A stretch of 63,086 bases of DNA, filler included, from Aduncisulcus paluster (Eukaryota), in assembly GCA_024181965.1 (NCBI GenBank). It is 7 parts of 7 records of this genome, joined end to end, with 100 filler letters (N's around TTAATTAATTAA, not from the genome) between each part and the next. Parts side by side here need not be neighbours in the genome. Positions count along the whole stretch, not along the records: positions 45,182 to 56,798 come from BQXS01010947.1; positions 56,899 to 63,086 come from BQXS01010948.1; 5 more parts are not named here. One strand, given 5' to 3'. Below the pieces are notes generated by a model. It did not search any database, was not told the DNA's origin, and saw only the letters and a program-made list of their open reading frames with translations. A program made the translations under genes and the position numbers. Below are positions 54,418-63,086 of this stretch, piece after piece; within the stretch, counting starts at the first letter, position 1; every line of letters starts with the position of its first letter.

Positions 54418-56130
54418 ATGTCCCAATCTGACGATTCAAAGAAAGGATTAAAAACATGGTTAAAACATCTGTTTAACAAGAAGGAAGACTCACTTCCAAC
54501 GTCATATCAAGCTGAAGCACAGAAAATATATGGAGTTGGACAATTAATTGATGAATCTTGGGCTAGAGGTCCATCAGTTGTCCAAACGAAAGATAAAAAG
54601 AAAGATGGGAAGAAATCGGGTCCAATTGCGGTTACTCCACCACATAGTTCCTCTGGAAGTGCTTCTCCGTCTCTCCAGGCTTCTGTTCGCTCTTCCTCAT
54701 CTTCTAGAATTTCTCGACTCCTTTCCTCCGATTTTATTCAACTTTCCGATCTTGCCCAAAGAGCTTGGTCGGGCTGTACCATTTCATTAAGACCATTTGT
54801 TTATCGACTGCTTCTCAAAGTGTCTTCCCCATACCGATCTCGACGCAGAGCTGCTATCCGTCAAAAGCGATCAAAATATATTAATACTGTTAACAAGCTT
54901 CTTCCGACCTATCCATGTGGTACGGCTGCCTTTCCATCGGATACAAAAGCAATTCCAGGCAATCTTTCCCCTTCTGATGTGAAGAACCTTGGTCAAATTC
55001 TCCGTGACCTTCCAAGGCATCGTCTCGATGTTATGGCTGCAAGTACGCCTCATATTCAGGCCATGATGGGCAGAATGCTGTTTGTTCTTAGTCGTGAACG
55101 TTCTTCCTGTGGTTATGTCCAAGGTATGAACGATATTGCTCTCCTCATACTCAGTGTCTTCCTTGGGGAACAATGTGGAGTTTGTGACGATGATAATGAG
55201 TTCATTTGTTTGCCTGGATGTGAGGAAATGGTAGCTTCATTATCGAGGAAGGCCAGGGAAAATGCCGAGAGTGATGCTTTCCTCTGTTTTTACTCCCTTG
55301 TTGGTGAGTTATCTGGATTGTTTAAACATCGTCAACCAGGGATTCATGCTGCCTTGACCAATATTGAGAATTGTTTGAAACTTATTGATCCAGAATTGTC
55401 CTGTGTGTTAACTGAGTCTGGTGTTATGCCTGTGACATATGCTGTGAGTTGGATTGTGTGTCTATTGTCAAGGCAGTTGTCTGTTCCGCTTGCTATAAGA
55501 CTTCTTGATACATATATCACTGAGTCTGTGCTCGGAGCAGGGAAGAAGAAACCATCAAATCCAACAATATCAGCCGTCACAGGATCTACACTGATCCCTT
55601 CTTCGTCGACTTCTTCTTCTACTTCTACTTCTAAATATAGTGCTGTTGAGAAAGAATCTCTTGATAAAGAGACATCTATTCCTCCTCCTCTTCCTTCATC
55701 TTCCACCGGAACCAAGAAGAAGAAGAGGAGACGAAAGGACAGCGATAGTGCTGAGTGTGAGTCGTATGACCACGAACAGCCAATTAAACCCCACGACCAA
55801 GTCTCCTACGGATGTGGTTCCTCTGTAGCCACTCCTCTATCCGCCTCATCTAGCTCACCAAATCCAACCTGTGTCGTGACACCAAAACCTGTTAGATATG
55901 AATGCAGTAATATCGAATATCTTCATATCTATGTCTGTTGTACTTTATTGAAGAACATGCGGGATTCTCTAATATATGCTGCGAAAGAAGAGCATTCTTT
56001 GCTTCTTTCTGTGCTTCATAACCCGATCGAATGTCCAGATTGGCCAAAAACAATCAAACAGCTTGAAGAAGTGTTGGCTTCGGCATTTATATTGTATGAA
56101 CAATTCGAATCTGCCATGTCAAGAAAATAA
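54418..56130 (+). CDS. TBC-domain Rab GTPase-activating protein (Gyp1/TBC1D22-like)
   Basis: Arg finger ILRDLPR, Gln finger GYVQGMND, AESDAF.CF, QPGI, RLLDTY. Confidence 0.9.
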   Translation: MSQSDDSKKGLKTWLKHLFNKKEDSLPTSYQAEAQKIYGVGQLIDESWARGPSVVQTKDKKKDGKKSGPIAVTPPHSSSGSASPSLQASVRSSSSSRISRLLSSDFIQLSDLAQRAWSGCTISLRPFVYRLLLKVSSPYRSRRRAAIRQKRSKYINTVNKLLPTYPCGTAAFPSDTKAIPGNLSPSDVKNLGQILRDLPRHRLDVMAASTPHIQAMMGRMLFVLSRERSSCGYVQGMNDIALLILSVFLGEQCGVCDDDNEFICLPGCEEMVASLSRKARENAESDAFLCFYSLVGELSGLFKHRQPGIHAALTNIENCLKLIDPELSCVLTESGVMPVTYAVSWIVCLLSRQLSVPLAIRLLDTYITESVLGAGKKKPSNPTISAVTGSTLIPSSSTSSSTSTSKYSAVEKESLDKETSIPPPLPSSSTGTKKKKRRRKDSDSAECESYDHEQPIKPHDQVSYGCGSSVATPLSASSSSPNPTCVVTPKPVRYECSNIEYLHIYVCCTLLKNMRDSLIYAAKEEHSLLLSVLHNPIECPDWPKTIKQLEEVLASAFILYEQFESAMSRK

Positions 56131-56476
56131 TCTGTTATTTTGAGTGTGGTGGTGAGAAATAAGAAAAAAGATGATATAATGAAAGTGTTTTAGAATCTTT
56201 TTTTATCGCCATCTTTTAATTAATTCTTATCATTGATCAATGATCAGGAATAATAATATTAAGCAATCTGACGTTTAAGTATTCTTTCGTGTGTCTATTT
56301 TTATGTTTGTGAGAAACAGATAATCTTAATTTCCTTTGGATATTTATATTCAGATTGATTCTTGAATTCCTATCTTTTCTTCAACAAAGTACTATTTCAA
56401 CATATAATATATTAAAAAACTCCAATTAATATGGTTTATAACATTGCCAATTCCAATGGTTCCAGTGATATTGCCG

Positions 56477-56797
56477 TTATTTCTTGTCCGACAGCCTCGA
56501 AAGGGATTCTTCAAGGCGTTGTCTCATGATTTCTTCGTCTGATCGGTCCTGTCTCTCTTTCTCCCGATATACTTCATCCTTTGAGAACTTTTCGTGCATA
56601 ATGGCAATTTTATCGACAAGTTCTCCAATAAAATTGTGAATTTTCTTTCGATATTTCTGGTTCTGTGTCGAAGGGAGTAAAATACATTGGTATGGGAAAG
56701 ATGGTTCCAAGAAAAAGGATAGTTTCACGAATTGAACAAATCTCTCCAACAATTCCGAGAAATCACGTTCATCCCAATTCGATTCCTTTGTGAGATC
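56477..56797 (-). CDS. 3' end of an unidentified gene (5'-partial)
   Basis: Frame is open from the contig edge (DLTKESNWDERDFSELLERF...) to TAA. Confidence 0.55.
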   Translation of the reverse strand, partial: DLTKESNWDERDFSELLERFVQFVKLSFFLEPSFPYQCILLPSTQNQKYRKKIHNFIGELVDKIAIMHEKFSKDEVYREKERQDRSDEEIMRQRLEESLSRLSDKK

Positions 56798-56798
56798 G

Positions 56799-56898
56799 NN
56801 NNNNNNNNNNNNNNNNNNNNNNNNNNNNNNNNNNNNNNNNNNTTAATTAATTAANNNNNNNNNNNNNNNNNNNNNNNNNNNNNNNNNNNNNNNNNNNN
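56799..56898. other. Artificial contig linker
   Basis: N44-TTAATTAATTAA-N44. Confidence 0.99.
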
Positions 56899-57305
56899 GC
56901 AGGACAGGCCATGTATACATGGCTTTTATCGACAGCTAAAGCTGTTTCGCCAGGTTCTGTCGAACCTGGGAGACCTGGTGACACATTCCCCTTCCGGGTG
57001 ATGTCATGAACCAGATCTCCTCTGATGGCTTTACCTGTGCCCCCAACCTCCGTGGAGGAAGGGATGAGCACAGCACCACCAGATGGGTTAGCTTGCCGAA
57101 GGGTTCTGACCCCGGATACTGAGCTATTTTCAACGAGATGACCCATTGTCAAATCCAGGGGAGTCTTTGACTTCCTTTTATCAGTTAACATGATAAACTT
57201 TTGTTTATCTCCGGAATCCCTTTGGGATTCGCTCGTGCCTAGAGGTTTTCCTCTTTCGGCCATCAAATCAAAAGTAAGACTATTATCACGTACAGTAAAA
57301 TGCAT
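56899..57305 (-). CDS. Orphan ORF (3'-partial), possibly the first ORF of a second mobile element
   Basis: Open to the contig edge. The upstream region carries the same GTCAAACCGAA motifs as the transposon 5' end. Confidence 0.45.
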
Positions 57306-57572
57306 TTTGTGGTAGTACTTGCAATATAAAATAATAAAATCTTTACAACGGATCGTAACGGTTCCACAATTTATTAAATATCTGATCGGGCGGTAATCAA
57401 CCGGTACCGCCTGTGCCCAGCCGCCGCCAACAGTTTTTTGTTATACCTAGTAAACATGAGAAAAATAAATTTTAGAGAACTTATTTTTGACGTTTGCTCA
57501 TTTATTAATATATTTCTATCATTTATTATATAAAATAATTAGAGTATGAGAATTCAAAAGGCTGGAAGGTGG

Positions 57573-57676
57573 GCGATTCTGAAGCTTTACTTTTGCGATT
57601 CTGAAGCTTTACTTTTTCTCCTAGCGGAGTTTGGAAGATAGTTGGTGCGATTCTGAAGCTTTACTTTTGCGATTCT
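57573..57676 (+). repeat. 22-bp repeat GCGATTCTGAAGCTTTACTTTT, three full copies and one partial
   Basis: Copies at 57573, 57595, 57647 and (partial) 57669. Confidence 0.95.
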
Positions 57677-57782
57677 ACGTAGACGCACGGCGTAGTCACA
57701 ACGAATAATAAATTAGGTCTGGACATATGTCAAACCGAACCTTGCTAAAATTTTGGTAAGACAAATGTCAAACCGAATTTTG

Positions 57783-57910
57783 ATTTCTATAGTCTAGCGG
57801 TATTGACCGGAGTCCTCTTAGTAGCGATGGCGTGAGTTCGAGCCCGGCTCGGAACCGAAATTCGTGAGAACGGCTCCACCGTCAATGGCCGATGCCGTTG
57901 ACACAGTTTT
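57783..57910 (+). ncRNA. tRNA-derived Pol III-like unit (degenerate tRNA or SINE head, then hairpin and T-run)
   Basis: A-box TAGTCTAGCGG and B-box GAGTTCGAGCC at tRNA spacing (74 nt). Anticodon and T stems do not pair. Downstream hairpin GTCAATGGC-CGAT-GCCGTTGAC, then TTTT. Confidence 0.5.
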
Positions 57911-58120
57911 CTTTCTTTTGTTTTGTTTTCTTTAGGTCTCTACTGCTACTATAGAGGTCACAGGCACTGTTGTTAGTACGATAGCCTATAGAACTGGAGT
58001 TCTGGCGGTCGTGTGCCTATTTTTTTTGAAACCTTCGACCTAAAGAAAGAAAGATACATGTTTACTCTTAATATACACAAACCTCCAAATTTTCGGTTGG
58101 ACATATTTTTATGACATCAT

Positions 58121-60775
58121 TTATTTTCTTAGTGGACATATTAAAATTGTGGAGGGAATGCTCTTATATTTCAAAGCACCTGCAGTTGCACAACAAACCT
58201 TCCTGTTAATGAATTTTTTCATAACAACATTATCACCCTGTGGTTGATATAGATAGAATAAATTATATCCACATATAGATGCCACATCAATATATTTGAA
58301 GGTGCTGCCATGAATACACTGATCTCCATCAATATCATCATGTTTGCCTTTAAAACAGACAATGCAATCGTCAGGTTCGTTCTCCTCATATAAGTAGAAA
58401 TCTCCCACAACGAAATGAATATCAGGATCGAAAGTGGGCAAATGGATGTTGAGAAAGGGAAGAGAACGACTTGCTAATTCGTGTCTCTTCTTTTGGGTTC
58501 GTATGTAGCGATAGCACCGATAGATACTAGCATTCATTCGTTCACCAGTTTCTGCAGTATAGTTGCATTGAGGTCCACCATCATTAACCCATTGCCACAA
58601 ATGAACTGTTGTATGAGTTTTTTTCTTGTGAATGGGTTGTGTATCACTCATAACGCCAGCTTTTACAGCAAGTGGAGATAGTATCGAGACAAATAGCTCG
58701 AACATATTCACAATACTTTTGCAAACCTCCCTTGAACATGCCCAGGGTATCTCAGCTACTAATTGATCAGCAATTGCAGTCATCATCAAAACGTCGTTGA
58801 ACCGTAACTTTTTAACATCGGTTAAATCGGAGATGCTTGGGATGATATGGGGAATAACGATGCGATGTGTTACCTCCATCTCACCGACATCATCTTCATC
58901 TGTCGAATATAGAAAGTGAAAAGCATGTGTTGATGATGGCCGATACAAATTTAATTCGAACAAACATAGAGGAGCAAAATGTTGCATCATCCTGCTATCG
59001 TTACCGTCCCGTAACTTTTTCTTCAATTGCAATCTTTGACGAAGAGTTGTCATTCGCTCATTGAATATACCTCTTTGTTTATCGTTCAGAATTCTTTCCA
59101 CTGTTTGAATCATATCAGATATTAAACCAATATGTAGATCGTGAAGAATTTCTCCCGCATGCATGGCTTGAGGTGAAAACAAAAGACGATTACTGACATG
59201 ATAGCAGGAATTATACAGGGGCATATCTTTCGAACTTAATTTTATATCTTTTGTGAATGCATGTGAGATATCACCCCGTGTCTCGAATGATGATGGGAGA
59301 TGTGGGAGAAGCAATTTCATTCCTTCTGCCTTGCACCATGGACATGGATAGGTGTGTTTATGTATAGCAAGGTTTAAATCAACTTGCTTTCCATCGCCTA
59401 TAATTCTGAGTAAATACCCTACTATGTATAGTGTATTCTCACCAATTTTCATTCGAATCCCCTTCTGTAGAAGGGATATATCGCGTGTAAGGTTATTCAA
59501 AGCAGAAGTTGTCGCATGGAGTGGCTTTGATTCATCAATAAGGCAGATATGGTGCCAGGCTGGGTTTGCATTTCGTAATGACCAAGGAATATTGGCCATT
59601 GTCATCGCAATAGCAAGTGCAGAATGACCCAAACGTGCTGTCGCAACTCCATCCATAAAGAAAATCAATGGAGCAATAATATATGGTGTAATTTCTCGGT
59701 TATCACAAAAAGCACAGTATTCGCTTATTGAATCGAACGATGGAAAGTCAATAATATTCTCACTTTGAATATTTACTGCTTCCCGTATATACTCTACAGC
59801 TTTTGCATGCATATTGTAGCAGCATGGATCGTAAGGGTCTGTTCCTGTAATGGTCGGTATACTTTGAAAAGGACTAATATGAGTGAGTTTAGGGAAATAT
59901 GAGGTGACCAGTCTGTAGAGCGGAAGCTTGAATAAAGAATACCATGCATAGTGGAATGTTAAGGAGGAGCAAATAGTACCATGTCTATTTGAAAATTTAA
60001 CTACATCTTTAATCTCCTCAGACTCAGCCTTTTCCATAGATATTACCATTTCTTTCACTGTTGCAAGTGATGGGATTTCAAAATGGGTTTTGATTATACC
60101 TATGGCTTCGAAAGAAGCTGGTTCTGTCATCTTGGAACACACTTGACTCAAATCTGATTTTATACAGGCCACTAATTCACCATAAAACGTTTCTGATATT
60201 TCACGTTTCAATAATTTCTTAATTAGCAATGAACCTAGAGAAGAACGATCTTTAAAGAATGGATCATAGGGAGATGACGAATATTCCACCTCTGTTTCAA
60301 AGCTCAGATGTATTGAGCTTGGTGGAGCTACTGGATACTGTTTATCTGATGATTCAGAGTCAAGCTCACGTTGAGGGCTCGATCCTTCTGAATTTTGGAA
60401 GATTTCATCATACTGATTGTCGCAATCAAATCCATATTCTCCGAGAGCATCGTGATCAACATCAATACTGTCCTCTTCAAATGATTCCTTTGTGAGAACG
60501 ATGGAATCTTTTTCCATGTGCATAGTGAACGTTTCGACAATTCCGTTGTCATTTTCATATAATAGTATTTCATCGCTGTTGTCACATTGACAAATAAAGT
60601 CGGTAATTTTCCACAATCGGCAATGTCTTCTCTTTTGTTTATGGCCAAGTAAACACCGACATGATCGACACATCATTCTAATTTTTTTTCCCTCTAAAAC
60701 ATCAATAGATTCATACAGAATTGTTGAGAATTTAATAGCCAATGATTTATCGTGAAATAATACCCTAATTGACAT
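58121..60775 (-). CDS. Plavaka/CACTA-type DDE transposase
   Basis: PLIFFMDG, MTMANIP..LR, DISLLQKG, IIGDGK, PCPWC, EILHDLHIG, KTHTTVH..GGP..YTAETGERMN. N-terminal Cys/His cluster. First ATG at 60775. Confidence 0.85.
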   Translation of the reverse strand: MSIRVLFHDKSLAIKFSTILYESIDVLEGKKIRMMCRSCRCLLGHKQKRRHCRLWKITDFICQCDNSDEILLYENDNGIVETFTMHMEKDSIVLTKESFEEDSIDVDHDALGEYGFDCDNQYDEIFQNSEGSSPQRELDSESSDKQYPVAPPSSIHLSFETEVEYSSSPYDPFFKDRSSLGSLLIKKLLKREISETFYGELVACIKSDLSQVCSKMTEPASFEAIGIIKTHFEIPSLATVKEMVISMEKAESEEIKDVVKFSNRHGTICSSLTFHYAWYSLFKLPLYRLVTSYFPKLTHISPFQSIPTITGTDPYDPCCYNMHAKAVEYIREAVNIQSENIIDFPSFDSISEYCAFCDNREITPYIIAPLIFFMDGVATARLGHSALAIAMTMANIPWSLRNANPAWHHICLIDESKPLHATTSALNNLTRDISLLQKGIRMKIGENTLYIVGYLLRIIGDGKQVDLNLAIHKHTYPCPWCKAEGMKLLLPHLPSSFETRGDISHAFTKDIKLSSKDMPLYNSCYHVSNRLLFSPQAMHAGEILHDLHIGLISDMIQTVERILNDKQRGIFNERMTTLRQRLQLKKKLRDGNDSRMMQHFAPLCLFELNLYRPSSTHAFHFLYSTDEDDVGEMEVTHRIVIPHIIPSISDLTDVKKLRFNDVLMMTAIADQLVAEIPWACSREVCKSIVNMFELFVSILSPLAVKAGVMSDTQPIHKKKTHTTVHLWQWVNDGGPQCNYTAETGERMNASIYRCYRYIRTQKKRHELASRSLPFLNIHLPTFDPDIHFVVGDFYLYEENEPDDCIVCFKGKHDDIDGDQCIHGSTFKYIDVASICGYNLFYLYQPQGDNVVMKKFINRKVCCATAGALKYKSIPSTILICPLRK

Positions 60776-60847
60776 TTGACGTCTTTTGTAATTGAACAAA
60801 AACAAAAAAATAAAAGAAAATAAATCGTTTGACAAAATAAAGCAGAT

Positions 60848-61444
60848 TTATTGGAGATCTAAATGTCGATATTCAACAGGATGTTCTTCTGGAAGGTTTT
60901 CTTTAGTAATAAATTCCTTCCATTCATCTAGAGAAGTATAGAATTCGATTTCATAGCAGTACTTGGCTTTTTCTAACATTATTCTTTTCAAAGTCAGAAT
61001 CTCTCCTTTAATTCGGTCTGGTTTCCTTTTGAGATTGTTGAATTTTTCGGTAACTTTGGCTTTAATGTGTAGATCATAGAATAAAATTATCTCGGACTCT
61101 GAAGCTCTATCAAATATTTTGGAAAATATCGAGCTGTATAATATTTCTTCTTTAATGACTTTCTTTTTTGTGGTCAAAGAAATCGTCCTTGGTTTCAATA
61201 GCCTTGAAGAAGAAAACTCTGTTGCCAAAGTGACCATTAAAAATCTGAATGCTATTCGGTCAACTATTCGTGAAATCTCAGTAAAAATATCATCGGCTAT
61301 ATTCAATACCAAGTATAGGTCGTGAATAGAGAGTTGGGATGCATCTCTTACCAACAAAGGCATCCCTGATGATATTCTCCTTTTCATTAATGAAATGTCC
61401 TCTTTTATCGTTGATATTGCAGCTTCTGTGGTCTGAACCGGCAT
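60848..61444 (-). CDS. Accessory ORF of the transposon, unknown function
   Basis: ~198 aa from the ATG at 61444 (preceded by TTACAG, a possible splice acceptor). Same strand, 72 nt upstream of the transposase ATG. Confidence 0.6.
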   Translation of the reverse strand: MPVQTTEAAISTIKEDISLMKRRISSGMPLLVRDASQLSIHDLYLVLNIADDIFTEISRIVDRIAFRFLMVTLATEFSSSRLLKPRTISLTTKKKVIKEEILYSSIFSKIFDRASESEIILFYDLHIKAKVTEKFNNLKRKPDRIKGEILTLKRIMLEKAKYCYEIEFYTSLDEWKEFITKENLPEEHPVEYRHLDLQ

Positions 61445-62140
61445 CTGTAATGCTAATAGTGACAATAATACATCATTTTCGATAATCGATATTGACCACT
61501 TTTTTCATCATAATAAATGATTTTTTTATTTTTAATTTTCATTTATTTTAATTAATTTTTTTTTAAAATTTGTGATATAACACTCTTAACATCATATCTC
61601 GAAAGGTTTTTGTATCGGGTGTTTTCCAAATTAATATGGACATAAAATAAAAATATTTTTTATAATTGTCATTTTTATTAACATTTATTTCATTTTTATA
61701 TCATTTTTATGCAAGCAACATGTTTGCACTAAGTTCCCATTTTTATCTTCTTTTTTTGTCAACATCATGTCCTTAAAAGCGGTCTCCCTTGGGTCTGATC
61801 AACCCAGGGGAGGCGTGAGTCTTACTTATTTTATTTGATTATGTTCCGGCTCCTCCCCCCGATGTTCCCCCCAATACTCCTGTTCCAATAGTTAAAAAAG
61901 GGGGGGCCACCAACGATTTTTTGTTTTTTTGTTATTTTATAAATTAAGAATTGAATTATATTATTTTTACTACTAAGAATCAGTAAGGTCGATTATTCAG
62001 TACTACTGAAGTAAGTCCTAGTAGGACCTAGGTCAAATCCACCTGTTTAAACTAATCTGACAACGGTCAAACCGAATGGTCTGACATGTTTCAAGAACAC
62101 ATGTCAAACTTTAGTCCAACCGAAATTTCCCCCCGTTGTG

Positions 62141-62719
62141 GCAAAAATAGAAAGAAAGTCGATGGCAAAAAACATTACAATGATATATATAAGCAGCCAT
62201 CCGACTCCAAAAATGGCGCCAGCAACTAAAAATCCATCATTAATTGCAAAAATAGACGTGTCTTCATCATTTGCATCTGTGGCCTCAATATTTGACTCAT
62301 TCACAGAAGAGTTGATTTGATTGTGGGGAATTTGCATATTTTTAGCACTTGAGCCATAATTATCAAAATCGTTTTGAGATTTAGGCAATTTTCTGTCTTC
62401 TACTCCAATATTATCATCAAGTTGATGGCTATTGTAAAAAAAAGAAGCGTCTTCTCTTCGAAAAGCCCCCCCCCATATATTCAATGGAGAATCTGGAATT
62501 ATGATTGGCCAAATTATCCATTTTATGAGTGTTATGATGGAGGTTACCTTTCATAGCATTTCTATCCTGCTGAACCCATGATTCAGCGTGATTTGGCGGA
62601 ATACCCTCAGAATAAGATATATCAGAGGAATGAGCAGTATTAATAAGGATAAAAAGCAGAATAAGACTGAAAAGTAATCCTTGAAGATGCATTTTATGAC
62701 GTCCTGCTCTAGAATTCAT
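62141..62719 (-). pseudogene. Signal-peptide/TM protein gene, frameshifted in a G9 run and cut by the transposon end
   Basis: ORF 62429-62839 (LLFSLILLFILINTAHS) and ORF 62104-62484 (TM FLVAGAIFGVGWLLIYIIVMFF) join if one G is removed at 62466-62474. The frame runs into the CACAA terminus. Confidence 0.5.
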
Positions 62720-63086
62720 GAAAAGGTATCGTGATATTTTGAAAAATGTGAAATTTCCAATATAATGGGAATAAATCAAAATAGTCCGGAAAAAATAATA
62801 TTTTTCGGCGGATAAAGACAAAAAATGATGATAGGTCAATATATTTCGTTGTGATTCTCAACTCTATTTTTAACCAGGTTGTTTTGTTTGTTGTTTGGAG
62901 TAATTCCGGTTGCTATCTCAACCCATGGAGCCATTGGTCAAGGATTATCAGACCTGTTGAAAGAATTTCGCAGAAGAGACGTGACTGCAACAAGTGAAGT
63001 GGATTCATTTTCCGGAGACACTTCCAGTGAAGATAGCACGGTTTCTGAAAAATCCCTCTTCCAAACCTCATTCTGGAGACTTGCTC

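Larger units (their letters stand above)
58076..62140 (-). mobile_element. CACTA/CMC-superfamily (Plavaka-like) DNA transposon, ~4.07 kb
   Basis: Imperfect TIRs CACAAacctccaAAtTTTCGGTTGGAC and CACAAcggggggAAaTTTCGGTTGGAC with identical spacing. Encloses a transposase and a second ORF. No TSD seen. Confidence 0.75.

Noticed and set aside
6213-56898. Six identical TTAATTAATTAA palindromes within N runs
   Set aside because: Artificial six-frame-stop linkers. Gene adjacency across them has no biological meaning, and ORFs ending in XXXLIN are truncations.
57573-57676. CRISPR-like repeat-spacer-repeat
   Set aside because: Units are mostly head-to-tail with one spacer. No cas genes, and the context is eukaryotic.
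1457-60775. Alternative genetic code (TAA/TAG as Gln, as in hexamitine diplomonads)
   Set aside because: Long ORFs are uninterrupted in the standard code, and recognisable genes end at TAA, TAG or TGA at the expected positions.

Overview
This is not one locus. It is seven unrelated contigs (1-6212, 6313-17260, 17361-28997, 29098-35128, 35229-45081, 45182-56798, 56899-63086) joined by artificial 100-nt N44-TTAATTAATTAA-N44 linkers, plus one 20-N scaffold gap. The DNA is from a compact, intron-poor, AT-rich eukaryote using the standard code, with short GTATGT...YAG introns. The expanded kinase and helical-repeat families suggest a free-living fornicate/metamonad protist such as Aduncisulcus; this is an inference and was not verified. 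Recognisable genes are PheRS alpha, tubulin cofactor A, the SMC3 C-terminus, PUS7/TruD, a TBC RabGAP, a GH31 glucosidase, a TMBIM/LFG protein, a vWA protein, a C2/Munc13-like giant protein, an SMPD4-like protein and tRNA-Thr(AGU). The most notable observations are: (1) a type-I membrane protein whose C-terminal third matches the CatSper epsilon/delta auxiliary subunits; (2) an apparently complete ~4.07-kb CACTA/Plavaka-type DDE transposon with imperfect CACAA terminal inverted repeats, lying next to a second related end and a tRNA-derived Pol III-like unit; (3) a 130-bp cluster of six palindromes upstream of an orphan ORF; (4) a kinase-bearing ~940-bp inverted repeat flanking a repeat-protein gene; (5) several introns missed by the ORF track, including 5'-UTR candidates. 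All homology calls come from motif recognition by eye and need HMM or structure confirmation.
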